Of a stretch of DNA of 60,116 nucleotides, positions 27,987-36,023 are shown in pieces. A program made the translations under genes and the position numbers. Where the stretch lies: the NCBI GenBank assembly GCA_964499975.1, contig CAZCOV010000001.1, positions 1 to 60,116 on the forward strand. The letters are read 5' to 3'. Numbering within the stretch: the stretch's first letter is position 1; each line of letters starts with the position of its first letter. Under the pieces are notes generated by a model that was not told the origin of the DNA, searched no databases, and worked only from the letters and a program-made list of their open reading frames with translations. The DNA comes from an uncultured Thermoanaerobaculia bacterium. Its GTDB lineage: Bacteria > Acidobacteriota > Thermoanaerobaculia > Multivoradales > J023.

Positions 27987-28108
27987 GTCTACTCTTTTGC
28001 TTTTCAATCAAAAATCTCGCAAATTGCAAACTGCCGGGCGCGGCGCGCAAACCGCCGCCTTGGATTCTTCCGATTCTTCCGCATCCGCTCGCACCGCTGC
28101 TCTTCCTG

Positions 28109-28117
28109 TGATAGAAT
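28109..28117 (+). promoter_or_regulatory. Candidate extended -10 element (TGaTAGAAT) for the DUF697/exporter operon
   Basis: A TGnTAnAAT-like sequence sits in the intergenic region about 224 nt upstream of ATG 28341. No -35 was seen, so this is speculative. Confidence 0.25.
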
Positions 28118-28340
28118 CTTTTCTTGATCCGCTCCTAGTTGATCGGGCGAGAGCTGAGAAAAGAGCTGAGAAGAATGCTGAAGAACGCCCCAACTTCAGT
28201 CTAGAATGGATCCGGGTCTGGGTGCTGTCGGAAACGACTACGCCAACGCCTTCGCGAGGCCAACCCACTAGGGTGGGAGTCTCGCTTCAAGCAGCAGTGG
28301 ATAACCAGCAGTTTCGCAGAATCCTTAGAGGAGTAGCAGA

Positions 28341-28871
28341 ATGGCAAGCACAGCCGAAGCCGAAAAGATCGTCAGGCAACACACCAGGTGGGCCTTCGCC
28401 GGGGGATTGATCCCCGTTTCGGGCATCGACCTGGTCGCAGTGAGTCTCTCCCAGCTCAGAATGATCGCCAAGCTGGCCGAACATTACGGCGTCGAATTCG
28501 CCGAGAACCGGGCCAAGTCCCTGATCACTGCCCTGATCGCTCCCCTGGCGTCGAAAGAAGTGGTCCGCGGGACCGTGGGCTCGGCGCTCAAGTCGGTCCC
28601 GATCATCGGCCTTCCGTTCGGGGTCACCGGGGTCGCCCTCTTTGCTGGCGCTACCACCCATGCCGTCGGCAAAGTGTTTACCCAACACTTCGAGGGTGGC
28701 GGCAACTTCATGAACTTCAGCACGGACGCGACCAAGGAATACTTCGCGACCCAGTACCAGGAAGCCAAGGAGTTCTTCTCGCGGAAGAAGGACGCGGAAG
28801 AGAAGCCTGCGGCAGACGACGCAGCTCCGGCGAAGACCTCGGCCAAGGCGAAAGAGCCGAAGGCCAACTGA
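28341..28871 (+). CDS. DUF697 (YcjF-like) domain protein with Lys/Ala/Glu-rich tail
   Basis: 176 aa. RBS AGAGGAG lies 6 nt upstream. Core WAFAGGLIPVSGIDLVAVSLSQLRMIAKLAEHYG...PIIGLPFGVTGVALFAGATTHAVG resembles DUF697. Confidence 0.7.
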   Translation: MASTAEAEKIVRQHTRWAFAGGLIPVSGIDLVAVSLSQLRMIAKLAEHYGVEFAENRAKSLITALIAPLASKEVVRGTVGSALKSVPIIGLPFGVTGVALFAGATTHAVGKVFTQHFEGGGNFMNFSTDATKEYFATQYQEAKEFFSRKKDAEEKPAADDAAPAKTSAKAKEPKAN

Positions 28872-29065
28872 GCGCCCGTCGGCTGTTGGTTGCACCCGGA
28901 AAAATCCGGAGTAGCGCTGGTCCTGAAGTCGGCCACGTCGTCGTGTTCGCGTCGCCGACTTCAGCGGTCCTTGCGTGGGCGCTCTGGTCCAAGAACCCAT
29001 CCAACCGCAGCGCGCAACTTCCTGTTCCTTTCCCCTGCTGATTGCGCGCGGTTGGCCCTCTTCCG

Positions 29066-30733
29066 ATGAAACTGTTTCAGCGCCTCAAAGAAGAGTCGAG
29101 CGTTTCCGTCAGAAATCTGATCGTTCTGGCGGGGATCTCGGGCTTGAGCAATGCTTTGGTTCTGGCGATCATCAACGCCGCAACCGAAAAAATCGCCGAC
29201 GGCGAGGAGAGCTTTCGCTACCTCCTGCTCTTCATCGTGGTCTTGGCGATTTTCATCGTCACCCAGAAGCGGATCATGCTGATCGCGATCGCCGAGATCG
29301 AAGCGATCTTGCACCGAATTCGGATCCGCCTCGCCGACAAGATCCGCCAGTCGGACTTAGAACCCCTCGAAGCCATCGGGCGGTCCAAGATCTATGCCAG
29401 CGTGCAAAAAGAGACGCAGATCATCTCCCAAGGTGCGATGACGCTGGTTTTGGTCAGTCAGATGCTCATCCTCGGGATTTTCACGATGATCTACATCGTG
29501 ATCCTTTCCCCGATCGCTTTGATCCTAATCCTCGCCTTGGGGGCGTTCTCGATCGGCTCCTATTTCAGGAAGCAGAAGCAGATCAACCAGCAACTGCACG
29601 AGGCGCTCGATCGCGAGGACCAGCTCTTCGATGCGCTGACCGACATTCTCGACGGTTTCAAAGAAGTCAAGATGAACCGGGCGCGCAGCGACGAACTCTT
29701 CGATTTCACCCAGCAGATTTCCCAATCCGCGGTCGAACTCAAAGTCCGCACGCAGAGCCAGTTCGCCATGCTCGGCTTGATGACCCAAAGCAACTGGTAT
29801 CTGGGACTCGGAGCCATCGTCTTCGTGTTGCCCCGGCTGAGCGACACCTACACCGACGTCATCGCCCAGGTCACGACCGCGATCTTGTTCGTCATCGGCC
29901 CGATCAACGCCATCGTCGGCGCCTTTCCCAATGTAGTTTCCGCCCAGGTGGCGATCGAAAACGTCTACAAGCTAGAAAGCGCCCTCGATCGTTCGCTCGC
30001 GACGCCCAAAAGACGGCGCAAAGCTTTTCTCTCCTTTGCGCAGATCCAGCTCGAGGGCGTGGTCTTCACGTTCCAGGATCCCAACGGCGATTCCCCTTTC
30101 ACGGTAGGGCCGATCGATTGGACGATCCGGCGCGGTGAGCTGATCCTGATCGTCGGCGGCAATGGCTCGGGCAAATCGACCCTGCTCAAGGTCTTGACCG
30201 CCCTCTACTATCCGCAACAAGGCACCCTGCGGCTCGACAACGCCACGCTCAACCGTTCGAGCTACGACGCCTATCGCGATCTATTTTCCGTGGTCTTCGC
30301 CGACTATCACCTCTTCAGCCGCCTCTATGGCTTCGCGGATCGCGACAGCACGCGCTTCGACGCGCGCTTCGAGGAGCTTCTCGCCAAAATGGGACTCGTC
30401 GGCAAGACCAGCCTCGACGGCAAGGAATTTGAAACCCTTGACCTTTCGACCGGCCAGCGGAAGCGCTTAGCGCTGGTGATCAGCCTCCTCGAAGACAAGC
30501 AGATCTATGTTTTCGACGAGTGGGCCGCGGATCAGGATCCCGAGTTCAAAAAGAAGTTTTATTATGAGATTCTCCCCGAACTCAAAGCGCAGGGGAAGAC
30601 TGTGATCGCCGTCACCCATGACGATCGCTACTTCGAGGTCGCCGATCGCCTGGTCCGCATGGAAGAAGGGCGTATCGTCAAAGTAGAACCAGCAGATAAT
30701 GGTCGAGCAGCGGTCACCGGAGAGCGAGGATGA
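29066..30733 (+). CDS. Cyclic-peptide-type ABC exporter (SyrD/PvdE/YojI-like, fused TMD-NBD)
   Basis: Start taken at MKLFQRLKEES (ATG 29066; the track start 29042 is also possible). Walker A GGNGSGKST, signature LSTGQRKRLAL and Walker B IYVFDEWAADQD are present, preceded by an N-terminal 6-TM region. Confidence 0.88.
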   Translation: MKLFQRLKEESSVSVRNLIVLAGISGLSNALVLAIINAATEKIADGEESFRYLLLFIVVLAIFIVTQKRIMLIAIAEIEAILHRIRIRLADKIRQSDLEPLEAIGRSKIYASVQKETQIISQGAMTLVLVSQMLILGIFTMIYIVILSPIALILILALGAFSIGSYFRKQKQINQQLHEALDREDQLFDALTDILDGFKEVKMNRARSDELFDFTQQISQSAVELKVRTQSQFAMLGLMTQSNWYLGLGAIVFVLPRLSDTYTDVIAQVTTAILFVIGPINAIVGAFPNVVSAQVAIENVYKLESALDRSLATPKRRRKAFLSFAQIQLEGVVFTFQDPNGDSPFTVGPIDWTIRRGELILIVGGNGSGKSTLLKVLTALYYPQQGTLRLDNATLNRSSYDAYRDLFSVVFADYHLFSRLYGFADRDSTRFDARFEELLAKMGLVGKTSLDGKEFETLDLSTGQRKRLALVISLLEDKQIYVFDEWAADQDPEFKKKFYYEILPELKAQGKTVIAVTHDDRYFEVADRLVRMEEGRIVKVEPADNGRAAVTGERG

Positions 30734-31788
30734 AAATGAGCTGGCGAGAACGACTGCGAGAACGACTGCGGGAATGGCGAAGGCGCTACGGGTTTTACCT
30801 GCTCTTGATCTTCCTCGCGTTTTTGCTCTTCGTCGCTTATTTCTGCGACCGCATGTTCATTTCCATCTATCCCGGCGAAGCCGGCGTGCTGTGGCGACGG
30901 TTCACTGGAACGGTCACCGAAACCTTCTATGACGAAGGGTTCCACATGATCTCGCCGTGGAACGTGATGTATGTTTACGACGTCCGTTTCCAACAAGCGC
31001 ACGACTCTTACGATATCTTGACTTCCGACGGCTTGCGCACCACGGTCGATATCGCCGTCCGTTTCCGCCCGATCAAAGAGGCGCTGCCCGGGCTGCACCA
31101 GAACATCGGTCCCGAGTACGTGGAAACCTACATTTTGCCCGAAATCAGGACCTATTTTCGCGAGCTGGCAGCGCAGTACGATCTCCAACAGCTTTACGGC
31201 GACAAGCGAAGAGAGATCATGGATGAGGTTTTGCGGAGGGTGGAAGCGTCGCTGCGGCTGAGCTATCAACCGCAAAGCGCGCTCGCAACGCCGATTTATT
31301 TTCAGGAGGCGTTCGTCCAGAACATCGCTTTACCCGAGACGGTGGCCAAAGCGATCGAGAGCAAGCTGACCCAAGAGCAGCTGATGCTCGAGTATGACTA
31401 TCGCTTGCAAACAGAAAGCAAAGAGAAGGAACGGAAGCGGATCGAGGCCGAAGGCATTCGGCTGTTTCAAGACATCGTGAGTGAGGGCATTTCCGAGCGC
31501 TACCTCAAATGGAAGGGCATCGATGCCACGCTCGATCTCGCGAAATCGGACAACAGCAAGATCGTGATCATCGGCGGCGGCAAAGACGGTTTGCCGATCA
31601 TTCTCGGCCCGCTCGACGCCGCGGCGAACCCGACAGCCACGCCGCGGGCGGGAAACGCGGGGGCACAGAATGCGTCGCCGGGCGCGACCGCCAACCCCGC
31701 AACCTCGGCGACGAGCAGTCCGCCAGCGTCCTCCGCGGGCAACCCATCCTCCTCGGGGGGGAGCTCGAATCAGGAGCCGAACCCATGA
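30730..31788 (+). CDS. SPFH / band-7 (prohibitin-like) membrane protein
   Basis: 352 aa. The ATGA overlaps the ABC exporter stop. One TM segment (YGFYLLLIFLAFLLFVAYF), then IYPGEAGVLWRRFTG...GFHMISPWNVMYVYDVRFQ, a coiled-coil EQLMLEYDYRLQTESKEKERKRIEAEG, and a Pro/Ser/Ala-rich tail. Confidence 0.85.
   Translation: MKMSWRERLRERLREWRRRYGFYLLLIFLAFLLFVAYFCDRMFISIYPGEAGVLWRRFTGTVTETFYDEGFHMISPWNVMYVYDVRFQQAHDSYDILTSDGLRTTVDIAVRFRPIKEALPGLHQNIGPEYVETYILPEIRTYFRELAAQYDLQQLYGDKRREIMDEVLRRVEASLRLSYQPQSALATPIYFQEAFVQNIALPETVAKAIESKLTQEQLMLEYDYRLQTESKEKERKRIEAEGIRLFQDIVSEGISERYLKWKGIDATLDLAKSDNSKIVIIGGGKDGLPIILGPLDAAANPTATPRAGNAGAQNASPGATANPATSATSSPPASSAGNPSSSGGSSNQEPNP
30746..30769. repeat. Tandem repeat, 2 x 12 bp just inside the SPFH gene start
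   Basis: GAGAACGACTGC x2, encoding RERLRERL at codons 6-13. Confidence 0.85.
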
Positions 31789-31820
31789 CCCCAGAACCCA
31801 TGACCTCAGAACCCATGGCC
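31782..31820. repeat. Tandem repeat, ~2.6 x 15 bp spanning the TauD-like gene start
   Basis: CCCATGACCCCAGAA CCCATGACCTCAGAA CCCATGGCC. Each unit carries an in-frame ATG (MTPEP MTSEP MAQG). Confidence 0.9.
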
Positions 31821-32807
31821 CAAGGCGTCAGCCCGGATCTGGTCGCAACCAGCTTCCTCAACGCAAACCAACTGCCTCTTGTCGTCACGCCGCGCCAGGA
31901 CGGAGTGGACCTCTTCGCCTGGAGTGAAGGGCATCGCGCCTGGATCGCCGAGCAGCTCGGTGTGTACGGCGGGATCCTCTTCCGCGGCTTTGAGATCACC
32001 ACTCCGGACGCGTTCGAGACTTGGATCCGCGCGGCGGTTGGCTCCCCTTTGAACTACACCGAGCGTTCCTCGCCGCGCAGTCAGGTTAAAGGCAAGATCT
32101 ACACTTCGACGGACTACCCGCCTGACCAAAGCATTTTTCTTCACAACGAACAGTCTTACAACCTGATCTTTCCCACCAAGATCGCTTTCTGTTGCTTACA
32201 ACCCGCGGTTGCAGGCGGCGAAACCCCGATCGCTGACTCGCGCCGCATCTTGCAGCAACTGCACCCCGACGTCCGCGCGCGTTTCGCCCGCGAAGGCTAT
32301 CTCTACGTGCGCAATATCGACGGTGACTTCGGCCTCTCGTGGCAGCAAGTCTTCCAAACCGAAGAGCGCTCCGCGGTCGAAGCTTATTGCCAGGAAAACC
32401 ACATCGCGTTCGAGTGGTTGGGCGAGTCCCACCTCAGGACCCGCCAGCTGCGGCGCGCCCTCGCCAAGCATCCGACCTACGGCACCGAGACTTGGTTCAA
32501 CCACCTCACCTTCTTCCATGTCACGTCGCTCGAACCGCTGATCAGCGAGATGCTGCTCTTGGAACTCGCCGAGGAAGATCTGCCCAACAACACCTATTAC
32601 GCCGACGGTTCGGCCATCGAGCCAGAGGTGATGGAGCACCTCCAGGGCCTCTACGAAAAAGAGAAGATCCTCTTCCCCTGGCAAAAAGGCGACGTCCTGC
32701 TCCTCGACAACATGCTGGTCGCCCATGGACGGAGCCCTTTTAAGGGTCCGCGGAAAGTGGTCGTCGGCATGGCGGATCCCGTCCCCTGGGAAGCTTGCCA
32801 AGCTTAA
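31785..32807 (+). CDS. TauD/TfdA-family Fe(II)/2-oxoglutarate dioxygenase (SyrP-like amino-acid beta-hydroxylase candidate)
   Basis: ATG 31785 overlaps the SPFH stop (ATGA), with AGGAG 8 nt upstream. Motifs: FLHNEQSY (HxE facial triad) and LLLDNMLVAHGRSPF (distal His/Arg). The track ORF start at 31509 lies inside the SPFH gene and was rejected. Confidence 0.85.
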   Translation: MTPEPMTSEPMAQGVSPDLVATSFLNANQLPLVVTPRQDGVDLFAWSEGHRAWIAEQLGVYGGILFRGFEITTPDAFETWIRAAVGSPLNYTERSSPRSQVKGKIYTSTDYPPDQSIFLHNEQSYNLIFPTKIAFCCLQPAVAGGETPIADSRRILQQLHPDVRARFAREGYLYVRNIDGDFGLSWQQVFQTEERSAVEAYCQENHIAFEWLGESHLRTRQLRRALAKHPTYGTETWFNHLTFFHVTSLEPLISEMLLLELAEEDLPNNTYYADGSAIEPEVMEHLQGLYEKEKILFPWQKGDVLLLDNMLVAHGRSPFKGPRKVVVGMADPVPWEACQA

Positions 32808-32841
32808 AATTGCTGAGGCTCAATTTGCTGATGGCTGTCCC

Positions 32842-34263
32842 ATGGCGACTTCCAAAGTTCCAGCCACTTTCCCAACTCCGGCGATGTTCCTGACGAAGCT
32901 CAAAACCAAACTCACCGCCCGGTGGACCCAACGACGACGCCCCATCGCGCGACCGCCAGGGACCAAGGGACTGCCGTGGATCGGCACCGCGCTCGAGTTT
33001 CGCCGCGGCGGCCTGGATTACTTGCGGCGCATGGCCCAAGCCCATGGCGACGTGATCTGGACGCGTTTCATGGGCGACGACGCTTATCTGATCAGCCATC
33101 CTGACTTCATCCAACGCGTCTTGGTCGACAACCGCGCGGCCTACGCCAAGAGCACCGGCAGCGGACGTTCCGAGCGCCTCCTCGGCAATGCCCTGCAGAG
33201 CCGCAACGGTGAAGCTTGGCTGCGCCAGCGGCGGCGCATGGGGCCTGCCTTTGCCCGACGTCGCATGGTGGTTTACGCGGACACGATCACCGCCGCCGCG
33301 CGCGAGGCCATGGCCGATTGGACCCCCGGACACCGGCTCAACCTCGCGGCGTGGGCCCTCAACCTCACCCTCGAAATCGGCCTCAGGACCCATTTCGGGC
33401 TGTCAGCGGGCGAACTCAAAGAGACCATTCGCCGCACCTTCGCCGACGCAAGTGGCCTGCTATTCGGTGGCCAGCAGAAAGTCTTGAGCCCTCCCCTGTG
33501 GGTGCCCTCACCGCGCAATCGCCGTTTCCTCAAAGCCATGGCCGAACTCGACGACGCGATCTATCAGCTGGTCCGCAAGCGGCGGGCAGCCATGGACGAG
33601 CATGGGATCGACCTCCTATCGCAGTTTCTGCTGACCAGCGATGTCGACGGCGACGGCGGCATGAGCGACCAGAACATCCGCGACGAACTGGTCAGCACCA
33701 TGCTCGCCACCCAGCAGTCCATGGCCCTCGGCTTGATGCAAAGCCTGCGCTTTGTCGCCACCCACCCTGCGGTCGACCGGACCCTCAGCGAAGAACTGCA
33801 AGTACTTGGGGACCGCCCGCCGCAAGCTAGTGACCTCGAAGCGCTCCCCTGGACCGAGCGCATCATCAAGGAAACCTTGCGCCTGGCCCCGCCGGCCGGG
33901 GTTTTGAACCGCAAAGTGGTGGCGGACGACACCATCGACGGCTGGTTGATCCCGCAAGGCGCGATGGTCTTTGTCTCGCAGTGGGTGGTGCATCGCGATC
34001 CCCGCTTTTTCCCGGATCCCGAGGCGTTCAAGCCCGAACGTTGGACCGCCGATTTTGAACGCGAACTCCCTGAATTCGCCTACTTCCCGTTTGGCGGGGG
34101 TCCTCGCACCTGCATCGCAGCGGCCTATTCGCTGCTCGAGCTGCGCCTCCTTCTGGCCAGCGTCCGGCAACGTTTTCGTCTCGAAGTCACCCCGTTCGAC
34201 CCTACCCTACCGAAAAAAGAACGCCAGCGCCGCGGTCTCGAAATCGTGCTTCACCCCCGCTGA
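32842..34263 (+). CDS. Cytochrome P450
   Basis: Start taken at MATSKVPATF (ATG 32842). N-terminal PPGTKGLPWIG, ExxR (KETLRL) and heme loop FPFGGGPRTCIAAAYS are present. Confidence 0.9.
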   Translation: MATSKVPATFPTPAMFLTKLKTKLTARWTQRRRPIARPPGTKGLPWIGTALEFRRGGLDYLRRMAQAHGDVIWTRFMGDDAYLISHPDFIQRVLVDNRAAYAKSTGSGRSERLLGNALQSRNGEAWLRQRRRMGPAFARRRMVVYADTITAAAREAMADWTPGHRLNLAAWALNLTLEIGLRTHFGLSAGELKETIRRTFADASGLLFGGQQKVLSPPLWVPSPRNRRFLKAMAELDDAIYQLVRKRRAAMDEHGIDLLSQFLLTSDVDGDGGMSDQNIRDELVSTMLATQQSMALGLMQSLRFVATHPAVDRTLSEELQVLGDRPPQASDLEALPWTERIIKETLRLAPPAGVLNRKVVADDTIDGWLIPQGAMVFVSQWVVHRDPRFFPDPEAFKPERWTADFERELPEFAYFPFGGGPRTCIAAAYSLLELRLLLASVRQRFRLEVTPFDPTLPKKERQRRGLEIVLHPR

Positions 34264-35480
34264 TCGACCACGATCCGGATGAGGCTCCGCGCCTCTTCTG
34301 CCTCCGCGAGCACTTGCGCGCGATCGGCGCCAGCGGTGATCACAAAGCCCAGCCGATCGAGGGCATGCTCCGCTGGCCGCACGGTTGCTCCGACTGCAGG
34401 CTTGACCTGAATCTCCTGCACCGTGGCGAGCTCACGCGCGGCTTCGATCCCGGTCAGTTGGACCACCCGGCCGGGACGATCCACGGTGAGAAAACGGATC
34501 GCGGCAAAATGCGCGCGCTCAGCCGCGAGCCGCACCGTTTTCCCCAAAGCCAAGTCGAGTTGAGCGCTCAACAAATCCATGCCCGTGGCCCAGCGCACCA
34601 GCTCGGGGATCATGCCCCCAGCCAAGCGCGGGTTGATCTCGACCACAACCGGTCCCGCGGGGCTTAAACGCACCTCGGTGTGCGCCGGGCCAAAGTCGTA
34701 GCACACGGCTTTCAGGGCTGAAAGCACCGCGCCTTCCAGGGCTGTTTGCGTCGCTGGATCCAAAGCGGCGGGGAAATCATGGCCCAGCTCGACGAAGTGC
34801 GGCGGTGGCGAAAGCTGTTTGACCGAGATCCCCACCACCTGGGTGCCGGCTTCGGTGGTCATGGTTTCGACGCTGAATTCGCGCCCGCTGAGCAGGCTCT
34901 CGACGAGCACTGCCCCGCTCAAAACCTGCCCCCGGCCATTGACCCGCCGCTGGTGCAAGGTACCTGCGTGGGCCACCAGTTCGGCGGCATTCTCGACCCG
35001 GCGGACCCCGAAGCTCGAGCTGTCCGCCGGGGGTTTGACCACACACGGGTAGGTGACCTCCTGGGCGAGGCGCTCGGCGTCGGCCAGGCTTTCGAGCAAC
35101 CAAAAATCGGGGGTGGGCAGCCCAGCCGCGCGCAAAGCCTGGCGGGTACGAAACTTGTTGCGGCAAATGCGCGCGGGAGCCAGCCCGAGATGTCGTAACC
35201 CGAGGCCCTGCGCCACGGCAGCCACCACCTCGACATAAAATTCAGAAAACGTGAACAAGCCGTCGATCTTGGGTCGTGCGGCGAGGTCGGCGAGGAGCCG
35301 TTCGGGATCGTTGGTTTCGCCCTCGACCACGGTCAGGTTGGGATGCGTCTGCGTAAGAAAAGGGTAGATCCCAAGCTGCCGCGCCAAGAAAGTCACCCGA
35401 GTTCCCCGCGCGAGCAGGTGTGCAAGCGCTAGCTCGCCCGTTCCCGTGGTGTTGCTTTCGATGAAAACGATGTGCTCCAT
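34251..35480 (-). CDS. ATP-grasp domain protein (carboxylate-amine / amino-acid ligase type)
   Basis: 409 aa. Motifs YPCVVKPPADSSSFGVRRV, LVESLLSGREFSVE and VVVEINPRLAGGMIPEL. Its 3' end overlaps the convergent P450 3' end by 13 bp. Confidence 0.82.
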   Translation of the reverse strand: MEHIVFIESNTTGTGELALAHLLARGTRVTFLARQLGIYPFLTQTHPNLTVVEGETNDPERLLADLAARPKIDGLFTFSEFYVEVVAAVAQGLGLRHLGLAPARICRNKFRTRQALRAAGLPTPDFWLLESLADAERLAQEVTYPCVVKPPADSSSFGVRRVENAAELVAHAGTLHQRRVNGRGQVLSGAVLVESLLSGREFSVETMTTEAGTQVVGISVKQLSPPPHFVELGHDFPAALDPATQTALEGAVLSALKAVCYDFGPAHTEVRLSPAGPVVVEINPRLAGGMIPELVRWATGMDLLSAQLDLALGKTVRLAAERAHFAAIRFLTVDRPGRVVQLTGIEAARELATVQEIQVKPAVGATVRPAEHALDRLGFVITAGADRAQVLAEAEEARSLIRIVVDQRG

Positions 35481-35539
35481 GCGCTCAGCTCTCCTGCTGG
35501 CTCAGTGGCCATTGACCGCACCAAAAATTGACCGCGCAG

Positions 35540-35568
35540 AAAAGCCCGCTCTCGCGCGTGAGCGGGCT
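35540..35568 (-). terminator. Rho-independent terminator candidate (minus strand)
   Basis: Stem AGCCCGCTC / GAGCGGGCT with an 8-nt loop. On the minus strand the hairpin is followed by TTTT (the A-run at 35540-35543). It lies 150 nt downstream of the ORF ending at 35718. Confidence 0.45.
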
Positions 35569-35717
35569 GATCTCCGGGTGCCGTTCGCTGACAGGAACCG
35601 CGGTTATCGGAGCCGGGAACCTAGCGCGCTTCGGGGTGACTGTCAAGCCAGCAAGGCGCCCATGTGTAACCCAAGCAATTATGTCCGCACTAATCTAACT
35701 AACAGCCAACCAGTTGC

Positions 35718-36023
35718 TCACTCGCAGGTGTCAAACGAGCGCAAGTCCTGGATCGGCGCAAACGGCATGCCTTGCGGGTTGGTGTAGATCTCGACTTGAC
35801 CCGAGGCGGTGTCGGTCACCTGGAAGGTGACTTCGACGTTGGTGAGGCCAGCGGCAAACACCCAGAAGCGGTGGAAAGGTTCGAGGTCGCAGGCGTTCAA
35901 GACCTTGGCCACCACTTCGACGTTGCGCCGGTTGAAGAACCAGAAATAGCCGGTGTCGCTGGTCAGGGCTGCAGCTGCGAGGTGCCAGCCGATGTGGACG
36001 CTCGCGAAGTGCCAGCTGATCGG
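35718..36023 (-). pseudogene. C-terminal fragment of a conserved secreted-protein domain, probably frameshifted or truncated
   Basis: The open frame reads PISWHFASVHIGWHLAAAALTSDTGYFWFFNRRNVEVVAKVLNACDLEPFHRFWVFAAGLTNVEVTFQVTDTASGQVEIYTNPQGMPFAPIQDLRSFDTCE. It is preceded by an in-frame TGA at 36024-36026. Similar GWHL / SWH units continue upstream in another frame (..SSWHVQ..DQGWHLSVRVG). No signal peptide or RBS was found. Confidence 0.3.

Noticed and set aside
27924-28410. Track ORFs 27924-28127, 27940-28410, 27758-28111 and 27805-28050 in the PKS/exporter intergenic region
   Set aside because: Their sequences (FCFVRLLFCPLFVLSAFC...) are translations of the T-rich tandem repeats. They have no RBS and overlap one another in several frames.
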